Positions 1-10,684 of a DNA stretch of 64,000 nucleotides are shown here, piece by piece (the stretch's first letter is position 1; each line of letters starts with the position of its first letter). The translations under genes and the position numbers were made by a program. The DNA is taken from the NCBI GenBank assembly GCA_965240325.2, contig OZ251243.1:434001-498000 (forward strand), given 5' to 3'. A model generated the notes under the pieces. The model ran no database searches. It was given only the letters and a program-made list of their open reading frames with translations, and was not told the DNA's origin. The DNA comes from Rebecca billardiae RCC1528. Taxonomy: Eukaryota > Protista > Haptophyta.

Positions 1-83
1 CTTGATCAAAGATCTTTTTGAAACGTGGTTAGGGCCCACGGAGCGGGCTCCACGCTGCGCGTTCCGCCCTGCACCGCGGGCCA
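1..83 (+). mobile_element. Right end of dispersed repeat family 'TGACCGCG...CCGCGGGCCA' (truncated by window edge)
   Basis: CTTGATCAAAGATCTTTTTGAAACGTGG...CTGCACCGCGGGCCA followed by TTA; near-identical copies end at 34427, 34970 and 49678. Confidence 0.75.
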
Positions 84-1503
84 TTATTTTTAGATTCCTG
101 TCTGACTCTGAGTGGCATCACTCTCTCAGTCCCGGATTCCGGCGGCGTCGACCGGTCACCGGACCGAGCCGCGATCATCCGCGCCCGTCATCGGCCCCGC
201 GGCCCGTCTGACTGACTGCCATTCACTGCTGATCATTCTGAACTCTCCGGGGCGTGCCTCCGGCCGGAGTGCCGTTCGGCGGCCACTCAACGGGAGAGGC
301 TAAATAACTATACTCATTAGTAGTATTACTTAACAGCGGCCGGCCTACTGAGTCATCGTCACTTGTCGGTACTATTGACAGTGAAATATTGAGCAGTAGT
401 ATTATCGTCATCAATAAGCTATAATAATGAGTGACGACGCTGCTGACAGATGATTACTATTAAACGGCCTTTAATTTAGTTCATTAGATGATATATTAAT
501 TATGACGACTCGTGATAGTAAATACTGATAATGCTGCCAGCGCACCGCGCAGCCGAGTACTCTCTTCCGGCTCACCGGGCCGCCTGTGGCTGCATACTAG
601 TCACCGCGGCGCCCTACTGTGAACTCGTACTGACAGCGAGCTCACTGCCGTGTAACTGCGCCGCGTCCGACGAGCCCGCCGGCCAGTGCCACTCGCGCGC
701 CGCGGTCCGTCTAACTGACGTACCGGGTGCCCGGATTAGTCCGGCTGGCGTCTGCTGATTGAGCTGCTCGTCCGGTATCATCCGGTCCGCCTTGCTCTCA
801 TGATCGGACTTCCTGATGGTCATACACAGGGCAGCAGACGCCCGACCGGGAGGCAGGCACGAAACTAGTGTCAGTGCCGTCGGCAGCCACACCGTCAGTC
901 TGTGAGTCAGGGCGGCGCCATCCTGATCCTGTTCGGAGACCGGAGAGTCCGGCACCAAGTCCAATGGCGTGTGGCACAACCACTTCACAGAGCGTATGTA
1001 TACCGTATTTAGAATGGGTGCGCGACGACTCGATGGAGGAGGCGAGTATGTTGTTGCGGACGACCGCGGAGGCGTCGCGTGGGCGAGGCAGCCACGCGCA
1101 CTGCTTGGCCCACCGGCTGTTCGGCCTTGTGGCGCTGCTCACGAGTTTCGTTCTTGTCGGTTGGGTACCTCGTTGGGGGGCAAGCAATTCCATCAAAAGC
1201 GTTCAGGGCTGCCCATTGGTGTGCTGCGCTAATCAGAACGACTATCGAACCTCTTTTTCATCAACAAATAGTCAGTATGAACGGCACGCGACGTGCATGC
1301 CCAACCCAAGGTACGGCACGATTCTACATTCTCATACCTGTAATCTGTGCATTCGTCAATAAGGACTCGGCGCATGAAATTACGCACGGTGGCAGTGGCG
1401 GCAGCCGCTCGTCAAGTCGAAAGCGCCGGCACACACACGTCGGCCGCAGGTCGCCCCCCACGCAGGCGCGCGCGGAGCACGCGCCACCACCGCCAAGCCG
1501 CGC

Positions 1504-3564
1504 ATGCCGGCGCCCGTCCGCTCCACCGCGCACTCGGCGCTCGAAGGCTCCGTCTTCGACGCCGTCGCCGAGACCGTGCGCACCAACCTCGACCCGGAGG
1601 TGCACCCCGAGCTGCACGCGCGCGTCGAGGCGAGCCGGCGCTCCTCGCCCGACGCGCGGCGCGCGGACGTGCAGGAGGCGCTGGAGGCGCTCGAGGCGGA
1701 CACGTCGGGCGGCGTGGTGGGTCTGCACCTCGTCCTGCTGCTCCTCGAGCCGGCCGGGCCGGGCGGACCCGGCGTCAGCCTCAGCTCCGCGCAGGCGACC
1801 ACGTTTGCGCGCGCCATCGTCCGACGCCTCCAGTCCGTCGAGGAGCGGTGCAAGGGCGAGGAGCTCACGGCGCACCGGCTGCCGCTGCTCAGCTACCTGG
1901 TCGAGCTGTACCGCCCGGACCACGACGTCCGCGCCGCGCGCGAGGCCCTCATCGCCGACGCCAACTTCCTCGAGCTCGCGGCGAAGGCGATCGGCGCGGC
2001 GCGCGCCGACGCCAACCCTGGGCGGGCGTACGTGACGGCGGCGCTCGCGACGGACCTCGCGGCGTGGCTGATGCACGAGCAGCCGCTGGCCGTGCACTGC
2101 GGGGTCGCCGGCCACCCCGCGCTGCTCGCCGCGCTCGGCTCCGCGCTCGTCGGCACCGCGACCCACCCCGTGCCCGCGAGCCGATACGCCCTTGAGCTGC
2201 GCTCGGCGGCGCTCAGCCTGCTGCACGCGTGCTCGCGCGCGTGGCCGATGACGGAGGAGCTGGCGCGCGAGGAGGAGCGGCGGCAGGTGTACGAGCGCGT
2301 GATCGAGGCGGGCGTGCCCGCCGCCATCGCGCACTGCGCCATGGCGTACCGCGAGCCCGTCCTCATCCACGCCGCGCCCGCCGACCGCAGCGCGGCGCGG
2401 CTGCTCGATGTCGGCGCGCCGCTCGCGCCCGAACTGGCCAACCCGCTGTGCCACCTGGAGACGCAGGCGCTCGAGTTCTCGCGCGTGAAGGAGTACATGC
2501 TGGTCGCGACCGTGGCGACCGCGCTGCTCGCCGGCCTCGGCGTCGAGGCGTGGTACGAGTCCAGCCCGGAGCAGCGCGGGCCGGTCCCGCCGTTTGTGCA
2601 CGCGGCACATGACCAGCTCGTGCGGCGCGGCCGCGTGCGCGCCTTCCTGCCGATCGTCAAGCGGCTGCTCAGCCCGCCGGCGGAGGCGTCGGCGGGGTCG
2701 AAGCTGCAGTGCCGCGCGACCGGCGTCAGCCTGCTCGGCGCGCTGCTCACCGCCGCGCAGCGCAACCTGCGGCTGCTCGACCAGCCCTGGCCGACGGCCG
2801 ACGGGAGCAGCGGCGCCACCGACGATGCGCGGGGAAGCGGCTGGGCGGAGGCGGCGTTCGGGGCCACGCCCGTGGAGGCGCGCGGCCGCATGCTGCTCGC
2901 GACGGAGTTCTCGACGTGGATGCTCGTCGACTGCGCAGGCGAGCCGCTCGTCCGCACGCTCAAGGTGTGCCTGCGCGACGGCGCGCTGCGCGAGCTCTCC
3001 GTCCGGGGCTGCCTGGCCGTCGATCTCGCGCTGCATGCTCTCATTGAGGCCGATAGGACTGACGGCACCGAAGCGCCGGCGGGCGCGGGCGCGGCGGCGC
3101 CGGCCGATGCGGGCGCGGCGGCGCCAGCCGATCCGCCGGCGCCGAACGGGACGCCGCCGCGCACGCGCTGCGCCGTCGTCGCGCAAGAGCTCCGCGCCGC
3201 GCCCGCGTGGAGCGCCGGCGTCTCGCCCGCCGCCTCGCGCGCCGCCGCCGCCGCACTGGCCGTTGGCCTTCAGGCACTGGAGGACGACGCACATGACGCG
3301 GCGCGCGTGGCGGGCTGCGCCGCGCCGGGCTGCCGCGGCGCGGCGGGGGGGCAGCCCGTCGCCGGTGAGGGCGGGCTGCGGCTGTGCTCGCGCTGCCGCG
3401 CCGTCTCGTACTGCTCGCGTGAGTGCCAGGCCCGCCACTGGAAGTCCGCCCACCGCGCTGAGTGCATCGCGATTAGTGCTCCGGCGGCGCTGCCGGCCGC
3501 CGCAGCGCCGGGGGCGAAGCACGCGGCGGCGCCGCCGGGCGAGGAGGTGCTCAGCCTCGCCTGA
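1504..3564 (+). CDS. MYND-type zinc finger protein (686 aa, helical N-terminal region)
   Basis: C-terminal CAAPGC...LCSRCRAVSYCSRECQARHWKSAHRAEC matches the MYND consensus; long ORF with GC3-biased codons. Confidence 0.85.
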   Translation: MPAPVRSTAHSALEGSVFDAVAETVRTNLDPEVHPELHARVEASRRSSPDARRADVQEALEALEADTSGGVVGLHLVLLLLEPAGPGGPGVSLSSAQATTFARAIVRRLQSVEERCKGEELTAHRLPLLSYLVELYRPDHDVRAAREALIADANFLELAAKAIGAARADANPGRAYVTAALATDLAAWLMHEQPLAVHCGVAGHPALLAALGSALVGTATHPVPASRYALELRSAALSLLHACSRAWPMTEELAREEERRQVYERVIEAGVPAAIAHCAMAYREPVLIHAAPADRSAARLLDVGAPLAPELANPLCHLETQALEFSRVKEYMLVATVATALLAGLGVEAWYESSPEQRGPVPPFVHAAHDQLVRRGRVRAFLPIVKRLLSPPAEASAGSKLQCRATGVSLLGALLTAAQRNLRLLDQPWPTADGSSGATDDARGSGWAEAAFGATPVEARGRMLLATEFSTWMLVDCAGEPLVRTLKVCLRDGALRELSVRGCLAVDLALHALIEADRTDGTEAPAGAGAAAPADAGAAAPADPPAPNGTPPRTRCAVVAQELRAAPAWSAGVSPAASRAAAAALAVGLQALEDDAHDAARVAGCAAPGCRGAAGGQPVAGEGGLRLCSRCRAVSYCSRECQARHWKSAHRAECIAISAPAALPAAAAPGAKHAAAPPGEEVLSLA

Positions 3565-4653
3565 TCTCGAGCCGGCGCTGCCGCAAGCGCCGCAAGCGCT
3601 GGGCGCACCGCAGCGGCGTTGGGCGCACCGGCGCGCGAGCTCGAGCCGCGCCGGTCGGGCCGCGCGTCGGCTTGCGCCCGCGTGGGTCGGCCCGACTCAG
3701 GCACTCCGAGGGTGGCCCTCCGAGGAGCCTCGTCCGCGGGCGCGCCGCCGACGCGTCTCGGCTGCTGTCGTAATCGCATCAGTCGGACGTCGGCAGCAGC
3801 GCGCTGAGCAAGCAGACGCAGCACGCGCAGCGTGACGCAAGGGAGATAGCCGCGTCACGTAATAAGACGCGTGACGACCTGCTCACGCGGAAGTTATTTC
3901 TCGTCTATCATGGCTGAGATGTGGTTGGAGCAGATACCCCTGGCCATGCATAATCTCGCCTGCCTGAGCTGTACATGTGCGTCTCTTAATCTTAGTAAAC
4001 TGTACAATATACGGCGAGCCGCGAGATCTGATAATGAGCTCTGACGCACAACACACTTTTACCTGATGATCCCCCCCCGACTCCGCTATCGTATTGGCAA
4101 ATAGGATATTGTTCGCGCATCGAACTCCAGCTCAACCTTCAAATTCATCGTATCACGAATAGGCGAGATTGAACAGCACCGTTCGCGTTATCGTTTCCGC
4201 AAGGGCCCTTGGTTTCCGGTCAGATTATTGTATTGACGTCTTGACGAATTAAAGCGCGCACATCAGCACTTGTTCACGTCTCACGACCCGCCTGACGAAA
4301 GTTTGAGCGGGTCATCGCCTCATCGGGTATCCATGTCCATACAGAAGGTCACAATCTCTGCACATGAATACTGAACAAGTCCCGTACTGGGTAGTCTCTC
4401 GAAGCTGTCCACAGCTTCTGAGTTCTGACGTGCACGAAGATACCTCTTCCACGCACCCAAATCCAGCAAGATACCCCATCAACAGGACGTGTTGAGGGCT
4501 GCTGCTACCCCAGCCTACCCCGCCTCGACCGCGGCGAGCGCTCCGATGCTCCGCGGGGTGAGCGTTGCGGGGGTGCCTTCGCGGGCGCAAGAGCGCCAGA
4601 CTACGCTGCCACCTGCTCGCGCGACGGTCACGCCGTCCACGAGCAAGAACCGG

Positions 4654-7600
4654 ATGTCGAGCCCGGCCGCAGCGTGGCGGGCGCGCGACGCGGAGGACTC
4701 GTCGCTACACGCGAAGCCGGTGCCAGCCGCGTCCATGCCCAAGGTGGCGTCGGTGCCGGACATCTCGCGCACGCCGCACTCACAGGTGGCGTTCGAACGG
4801 AGTGACGCCGAAACCAGGACGACTCTCGCGCCGCTCAGCACCGTGCTCGTGGGCCAGGTGCTCAAAGGCGCCACGTCGATTCTGCGCGCGGACGAGCCAG
4901 TCATTCCGCTCGGCGGGCGCAGGGACTTCTTCGCGGGCGACGAGCCCCTTTGGCCAACGGATGCCTCGGCTCGGCCTGCAGCGCCACCCGAGCGCATGGC
5001 CGACTCGCTGCCGCCGCCTTCGCCCGCGGTCCGCCAGCAGCGGCCGCAGCTGAGAGATCCGCTCGGCGCGGCTGCTGACGTGCTGCCACGCAGCCCATCG
5101 CCCTTGGCGAGCGCCGCGCGGCCGCGCACGGCCACGTCGGCCGACGCCGGCTCGCCCGAGGGCGCAGAGAGGGCGTTGCGCCCTCCCGGCGCGTCGCGCT
5201 CGGCCTCTGCCGCGGCCAGCCCGGCTGCATCGTCGCGCTGGCCACTCCGCCGCCCGGCTACATCTCGGGGCACGGCGCCGCTCGAGCAGAGCCACTCGCT
5301 TCGGGAGCGCGCCGTCTCGCAGCAGCTGCCCGCTGGCGCCTCGACGGCGCCGCCGCGCGTGCGGCGTCCGGCGCGGCTGGTCCCCGAGCAGCCGCTGGTG
5401 CCGCTGCTCAGCCGCGCCGCGTCGGACGGCGAGTGCGCGCCGTCGCCGCCGGCCCAATCGGAGCAGCAGGGTCAGGCGCCGCAGCGCGACTCGGCGACCG
5501 CGCTGGCCGCAGCGCTCGAGGCCGAGCGCGCGCGCACGCTCGGCCTCCTCGAGCTGCTGAACGCCATCGGCGCGGCGCGTTCGGAGGGCGAGCTGCATGC
5601 GGCGCTGTGCGCGCACGCGCGCGCCGCGCTCGGCTGCGATGGCGTGAGGCTGCTCGTGCTGCGTGACCAAGGCTCAGGCTGGCGCGTGGCCGCGCACTCG
5701 GCGGGCGGCCAGGCCGTCGCGTCAGCGCCGGCGTACCCTGCCGCCGCAGGGCCGCTTGCCCACGCGCCGCCCGCGCTCATCGGGGCCGCCATGACGGACG
5801 GCGGCGCGGTGTTTGCGCCCGGCTGGAAGCTCGTCGCGTCGCGCAGCGCGCGTGGACCGGCGCTCGCGCGGCGCGCGCAGCCGGCCAAAGTGGCGTACGC
5901 CGCGTGCCCGCTGCGCGCCGACGAAGGCCGGCCCGTACGCGCTCTTCTCGAGCTCTCGTGGCCCCACCGCGCGCCCGGCGCGGCTGAGGACGACGGTGCC
6001 TCCGCCAAGCAGGAGCACGACGGTGCGAGCGCGCAGGACGCCGCGGGCAACGCGGACAGCCCCGGCCGCGCGAGCGCGACGGCCACGTGTGCGGCGACGG
6101 CGCAGCGGGTCGACGTCACCCTGGGCGTGGCGCGCGCCGCGTGCGCCCGGCTGATGGCCCTTGGGCACGACGCCGTGGCTGACAGCAGGCCGGGAGCTGC
6201 ACGCGCCGACGAGAAGGGCGCGGAGAACCCCGCCGTGGCCGAGCAGGCGTGGGCACGCGCAGTCCCCGCGCTGGCCGCGTCGCAAGGCTGGGCGTGTGTG
6301 ACGCGTCATGACGTGACGTAACGTCATGACGTCATGACGTGACGCGAGGAATGGCGTAACGTGACGCCCGGACAGCGCTCTGCCCACGCCTGGCACACCC
6401 GGACCGTCACAGTAGTGCCACAGGCGGCTACGAGCGCGCGCGCGCGCGCGCGCGCGCGCGCGCCACGGGCGGCGCGCCGCGCAGTGCTTCGGGACGGGCC
6501 GCGGTGCAGCGCCCACGGCGATAGCTCGTGGATCCTCCAGCTCCACGGCCACATGGGTGCGGGAGCGGGGGCCCTCGCCTTTGGGCGACGAGCCCACTGC
6601 TGTGCCGCACTGCCACTGACTAACTAGATACGGGAAGGGAACCCCGAAACCAGTTCAACTCGTTTTAATATATCATCAATTACAAGAATACATACGTAAC
6701 GGACGAAACGGTACCCGCCAAAAGACGTGTTGCTATGACGCGTAAATTACGCGTAAAACGCGTTACGTCATGACGTGACGCTGGAAATGGGCGTCATGAC
6801 GCGTCATAGCCCACCCCTGCCGCGTCGGCACTCGGCTGCGTTGGCCTCGGCGGCGGTGGCGGTGAGTCGGGCTTGTACACGGCACTCGGCGCGCTCAGCG
6901 AGCACGGTAGCAGCCTGCTACCAGGCTGCGTGCGCTGTGAGCTGCTCGAGCTGTCGCGCTCGGGGCGAGGCGGTGCGTCGGGCGGGCAGGAGGCGACGGT
7001 GCGCCGGCTCGCGGGCTGGCACGCCGCAGCCGCGCCTGGCGAGGAGATCGGCATCGCCGATGCGCCCGTGGGCCTGCGCTCGCTTCCACTCGGTCTGCGC
7101 CGAGCAATCAACCGGGCGTGCGCGCGCTCTGCCGCGCCGGGCGATGACACTGACGACGGCGGCGGCGGCGAGTCGGCGGCCACTGCTCCGGCGGGCGGTG
7201 AGCTGGTGGTGGGCGCCGGGGCGCACGGCGCGCACGCGCCGGGCGCATTCGCGCTCGCTGTGCTGACCTTTGCGGGGGACGACGGATCGCCCGCACTTGC
7301 GTGCGAGCAGCGCACGGCCGCGGGTGCGCGCTGGCGCCGCCGCGCCCCATCCTTGCCGCCGCCGCGGCCGTGCGGATGACCGAATGACGGCCAGACCGTG
7401 GCGCACCGCCCACCAGCCCGCGCGCCCCTCCCCGCACCGAGCGCGCGCGGCGCGGGCGAGAGGGATCAGACCGTCTGACCACCGGCACCCCTCCGCCACT
7501 CGCGCCGACTGCCGCGCAGACGTGCTCGGAGCGGCTGCCGCGGCCCTCCTCCGCACGCGCAACAGCGTCGTCACGCGCGCGCGCGCGCGCATGCGCTGGG

Positions 7601-8847
7601 CGCGCGCGCTGGACCGCACGCGTCAGCAGGCGACGATGCAAACGTGAGCGCCGCGCGCGCGGCATGGCACCTCGCCGCGCGCCGCCCGCGCCGCCCGCGC
7701 CGCCCGCGCCGCCCGCGCACGCCGCGCCGCCCGCGCACGCCGCGCCGCTCACCACCCCGCGCGCGCCCCCTTCCACGCGCGCAGCGTCGCCGAGCGCGTG
7801 CGCAAGGCGAACAAGACTGCCCACGACATCGAGGCCACCTTCCGCCGCTCGCGGCTGCTGCTCGAGAGCGCCGCGGCGCTGGGCGAGCTGCAGGCCGCGC
7901 TCTCGCACCACGGCGACGAGGGCCAGATCGCCGCGGCCGCGACGAAGGAGTACCTCAAGCAGACCGCCGTGCTCCTGGAGGAGAGCATGTCCGTGCGAAC
8001 GGCGAGTGTGCTTCTGCTCGAGCCGGGCTCGAGCTCGCTGCGCGTCGCGCACACGGCCGTGCGCGGCTCGGCGGGTGACGGCAGCGCAGAGGCGTCCGTC
8101 AAGGCGGCCATCCCGTTGCTCTCGGCCGCCGCGGTGGGCAGCGCCGACACGGTCGTCGTCGACCCGTCGCACAGCGGGCGCCCCACTGCCGGCCAGCAGG
8201 GCCAAGCCCGCTCGATCGTCTTGAAGCGCCAGTCGGCGCTTGCGGTGCCGTTGCTGCGCGCGGGCGAAGTGGTTGGCGTGCTGCAGCTGCTCGGCCGCGT
8301 GCAGACCGGCCGGCTCGTGGGCTCGAGCGCGTCGCGCGAGGCGCTGGCGTTTGAGCCGGAGGACTTGGCGGCGGTGAAGGCGGTGGCCACGCAGCTGGTG
8401 AGCGGCCTCAGCCTCGCGATCGTCAAGGCCGACGCCGAGCACGCGTGGGGGGTGCTCCACCCGACAAGCCGCCCCAGCCTTTCGCTCACGCAGCGCACGC
8501 TCGAGGCTAGAGGGTTCGGCGAGCAGCATGGGGCGGGCGGGCATCGCGGCTCGGTCGGCTCCGTGGCCTCGAGCGTGTCGATAGCCTCGGCAAAGCAAGC
8601 CTACCTCGATACCACGGCGGCGATCGCGAAGCGGAGGCTGCATCGCCGCTCGATCGAATCGGTGTCGCGGCGCTCCTCGACTGACACCGTCAGCGCGCGC
8701 CCGGCGATCGCGATGTCACCGCCGTCCCCAGGCCCAGGAGCCGCCACTTTGACTTTGGACGAGAGACTGAAAAGGCTGTCGGCGGCGGCGCAGGTGGATG
8801 CTGCTGAGGCGGCGGTGGATTCGTCGCCGCAGGTGATGATGGTCTAA
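4654..8847 (+). CDS. Multi-exon protein with several GAF-like domains (exon structure approximate)
   Basis: Coding-like segments at 4654-~6297, 6810-~7310 and ~7790-8847. GAF-like motifs: LLELLNAIGAARSEGELHAALCAHARAALGCDGVRLLVL and LAVPLLRAGEVVGVLQLL...FEPEDLAAVKAVATQLVSGL. Confidence 0.55.
6299..6806. repeat. Intronic segment bounded by 15-bp inverted repeats TGACGCGTCATGACG/CGTCATGACGCGTCA
   Basis: 6299-6313 is the reverse complement of 6792-6806; TGACGT/CATGACG motifs cluster near both ends. Confidence 0.5.
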
Positions 8848-9099
8848 GCCCACGCGCATCGGCCGAGACCGATTGCAGCGTGTAGTCGCCTGCTGGCGGA
8901 CATGCACTGCGGAACGATGACCGCGGAACGTACGCGTCAGCAATAACTCTCTAGACGCGACTACCTGTTTACGCTGGCATATATCAAGTCTGCTGCGCTA
9001 GTGCATGTAGTCGCGCATCATTGTTATATATGTCGTAGGTATATATATATTGTCATCATCGTCATCCGAATAATCATCGTCATCATCATCATCATCATC

Positions 9100-9110
9100 A
9101 TATATCATAT

Positions 9111-9160
<50 letters not shown>
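9100..9160. repeat. (TA)n microsatellite preceded by (CAT)n
   Basis: Seen directly. Confidence 0.95.
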
Positions 9161-9163
<3 letters not shown>

Positions 9164-9212
9164 GATGATGATCTGCTGCACGGCCTCGCTCCAGCCGCGC
9201 GGACCGCCGAGA

Positions 9213-10571
9213 TCACGCCACCTTGGCGGCAGAGTTCTGATGACGACTCGTCCGAAGCCGAGCGTACACGGCGCGGATGGCCAGCGCGAGGCGGCGCCAC
9301 TTGCTCGCCTCCTCGCGTCTGTCATCAGCGCAGTGCACGGCGATGAGCTCGTCCAGCGTGCGATCCCCAAAGCCATCGCAGCCCGATAGCGCCGTGCGCC
9401 AGTTCGGAGGGAACCAGCAGGGCACTGGCGCTGGCTCACCGCCGCCCTCCGGCCCGTACCAGCGGCTGCCAAGGAATCGCGAGAGCTCGCCCCGGTGGTA
9501 GGAGACGAGCTTCTGCTTCATGATCGACGGGATGCCTGGCACAAAGGTGAGCTCGCCGAGCACCGGCCCGTCCGCCTGCGAGATGTACCAATCGATTCGT
9601 ACGAAGGCGCCGAGCGCGCCTCCAAGCAGCCGGCTGAGCTCAAGGAGTGCCCTCGCGTGCGGAGGCGGTGGCGCGAATGCCGCGGGGCGTCCACCGGCGC
9701 GCCGCCCGGCATATGCCAGGTATTTGGGCTGCACGACGTAGCACTCGAGCGCCGCGCCGGGGCTCGTACAGCCGAGGCGCGTGTACTCGCACATGACGCA
9801 GTCGCGCGAGCGGTCGGCCGTCTCCCATCCGTCACGCGTGCCGTGCGGGTCGGGCGGGGGCAGCATGCGCAGCATGGGCACGTCCTCGCCGAATGCGAAT
9901 GCCTTCACCTCGAGAGCGGGCGTGGGTACCACGTCCTCGACTATGTACAACACCTTCGCCGCCCCGCTCTCGTTTGCCATTTGGTCGAATGCCTGCGCGA
10001 TCGATGCGGGCGTCACGCTTTGGCCGCGGATCAGGTCGACGCCGTTATGCACCACGAAGACTTGAGCCGAGGCATATCCCTCCGAGCGTTTGGCTACGTA
10101 CGCCGTGCGTGAGGCGCTCGCCGGCGCGTCGTGCATCCGGACCAAGTCGGATGTGTGCGCGGTGCACATGCGCCACCGGTGCGTCGGCATGCCGATGGCT
10201 CGAGCAAAGTGGTGGAGGCTCTGCTTCAGGCCGCTCAGCAAGACCATCCATTCATGCGCGCCACGCGTAGTGTTGGATGTGTGCGTTCTGCAGGAGGGCG
10301 GGGGCTTGAGCGCGTGCCAGCACACGCCTCGCGCCCACACGTGTTCTTTCAGCCCCATCGGCCGCCCGCGGGCCTCTGATGCCGATGCGCACGCATCGTG
10401 CTGCTGCTGGCAGTAGCGAATGCGCCCGGCTGAGGGCGGCAGGGCTCTGAAGTCGACCGCTGCCATCACATGAGAGCCACCGTGCCGCACGCTCGCAGGG
10501 GCCGCCCGCGACGAAACGAGCACGATGACGACGACGGCGAGCGTCGCGTGAGCGCGAATGGCCGCCATCAT
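9213..10571 (-). CDS. TupA-like ATP-grasp protein with N-terminal signal/anchor
   Basis: EVKAFAFG and LSRLLGGALGAFVRIDWY...PVLGELTFVPG resemble the ATPgrasp_TupA C-terminal motif (FVRVDFY...GELTFxPG); hydrophobic N-terminus TLAVVVIVLV. Confidence 0.7.
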   Translation of the reverse strand: MMAAIRAHATLAVVVIVLVSSRAAPASVRHGGSHVMAAVDFRALPPSAGRIRYCQQQHDACASASEARGRPMGLKEHVWARGVCWHALKPPPSCRTHTSNTTRGAHEWMVLLSGLKQSLHHFARAIGMPTHRWRMCTAHTSDLVRMHDAPASASRTAYVAKRSEGYASAQVFVVHNGVDLIRGQSVTPASIAQAFDQMANESGAAKVLYIVEDVVPTPALEVKAFAFGEDVPMLRMLPPPDPHGTRDGWETADRSRDCVMCEYTRLGCTSPGAALECYVVQPKYLAYAGRRAGGRPAAFAPPPPHARALLELSRLLGGALGAFVRIDWYISQADGPVLGELTFVPGIPSIMKQKLVSYHRGELSRFLGSRWYGPEGGGEPAPVPCWFPPNWRTALSGCDGFGDRTLDELIAVHCADDRREEASKWRRLALAIRAVYARLRTSRHQNSAAKVA

Positions 10572-10684
10572 GGGGAGTGATGAGTTGTGATCTCACTTTT
10601 TCTCGCAGAGTGTGGTCAACGTCGTCAAGGGAGCGCTTGGTGTGGTGCTGTTTGCTGACGTTTGATGCGCGCCGCCATGAGCCC

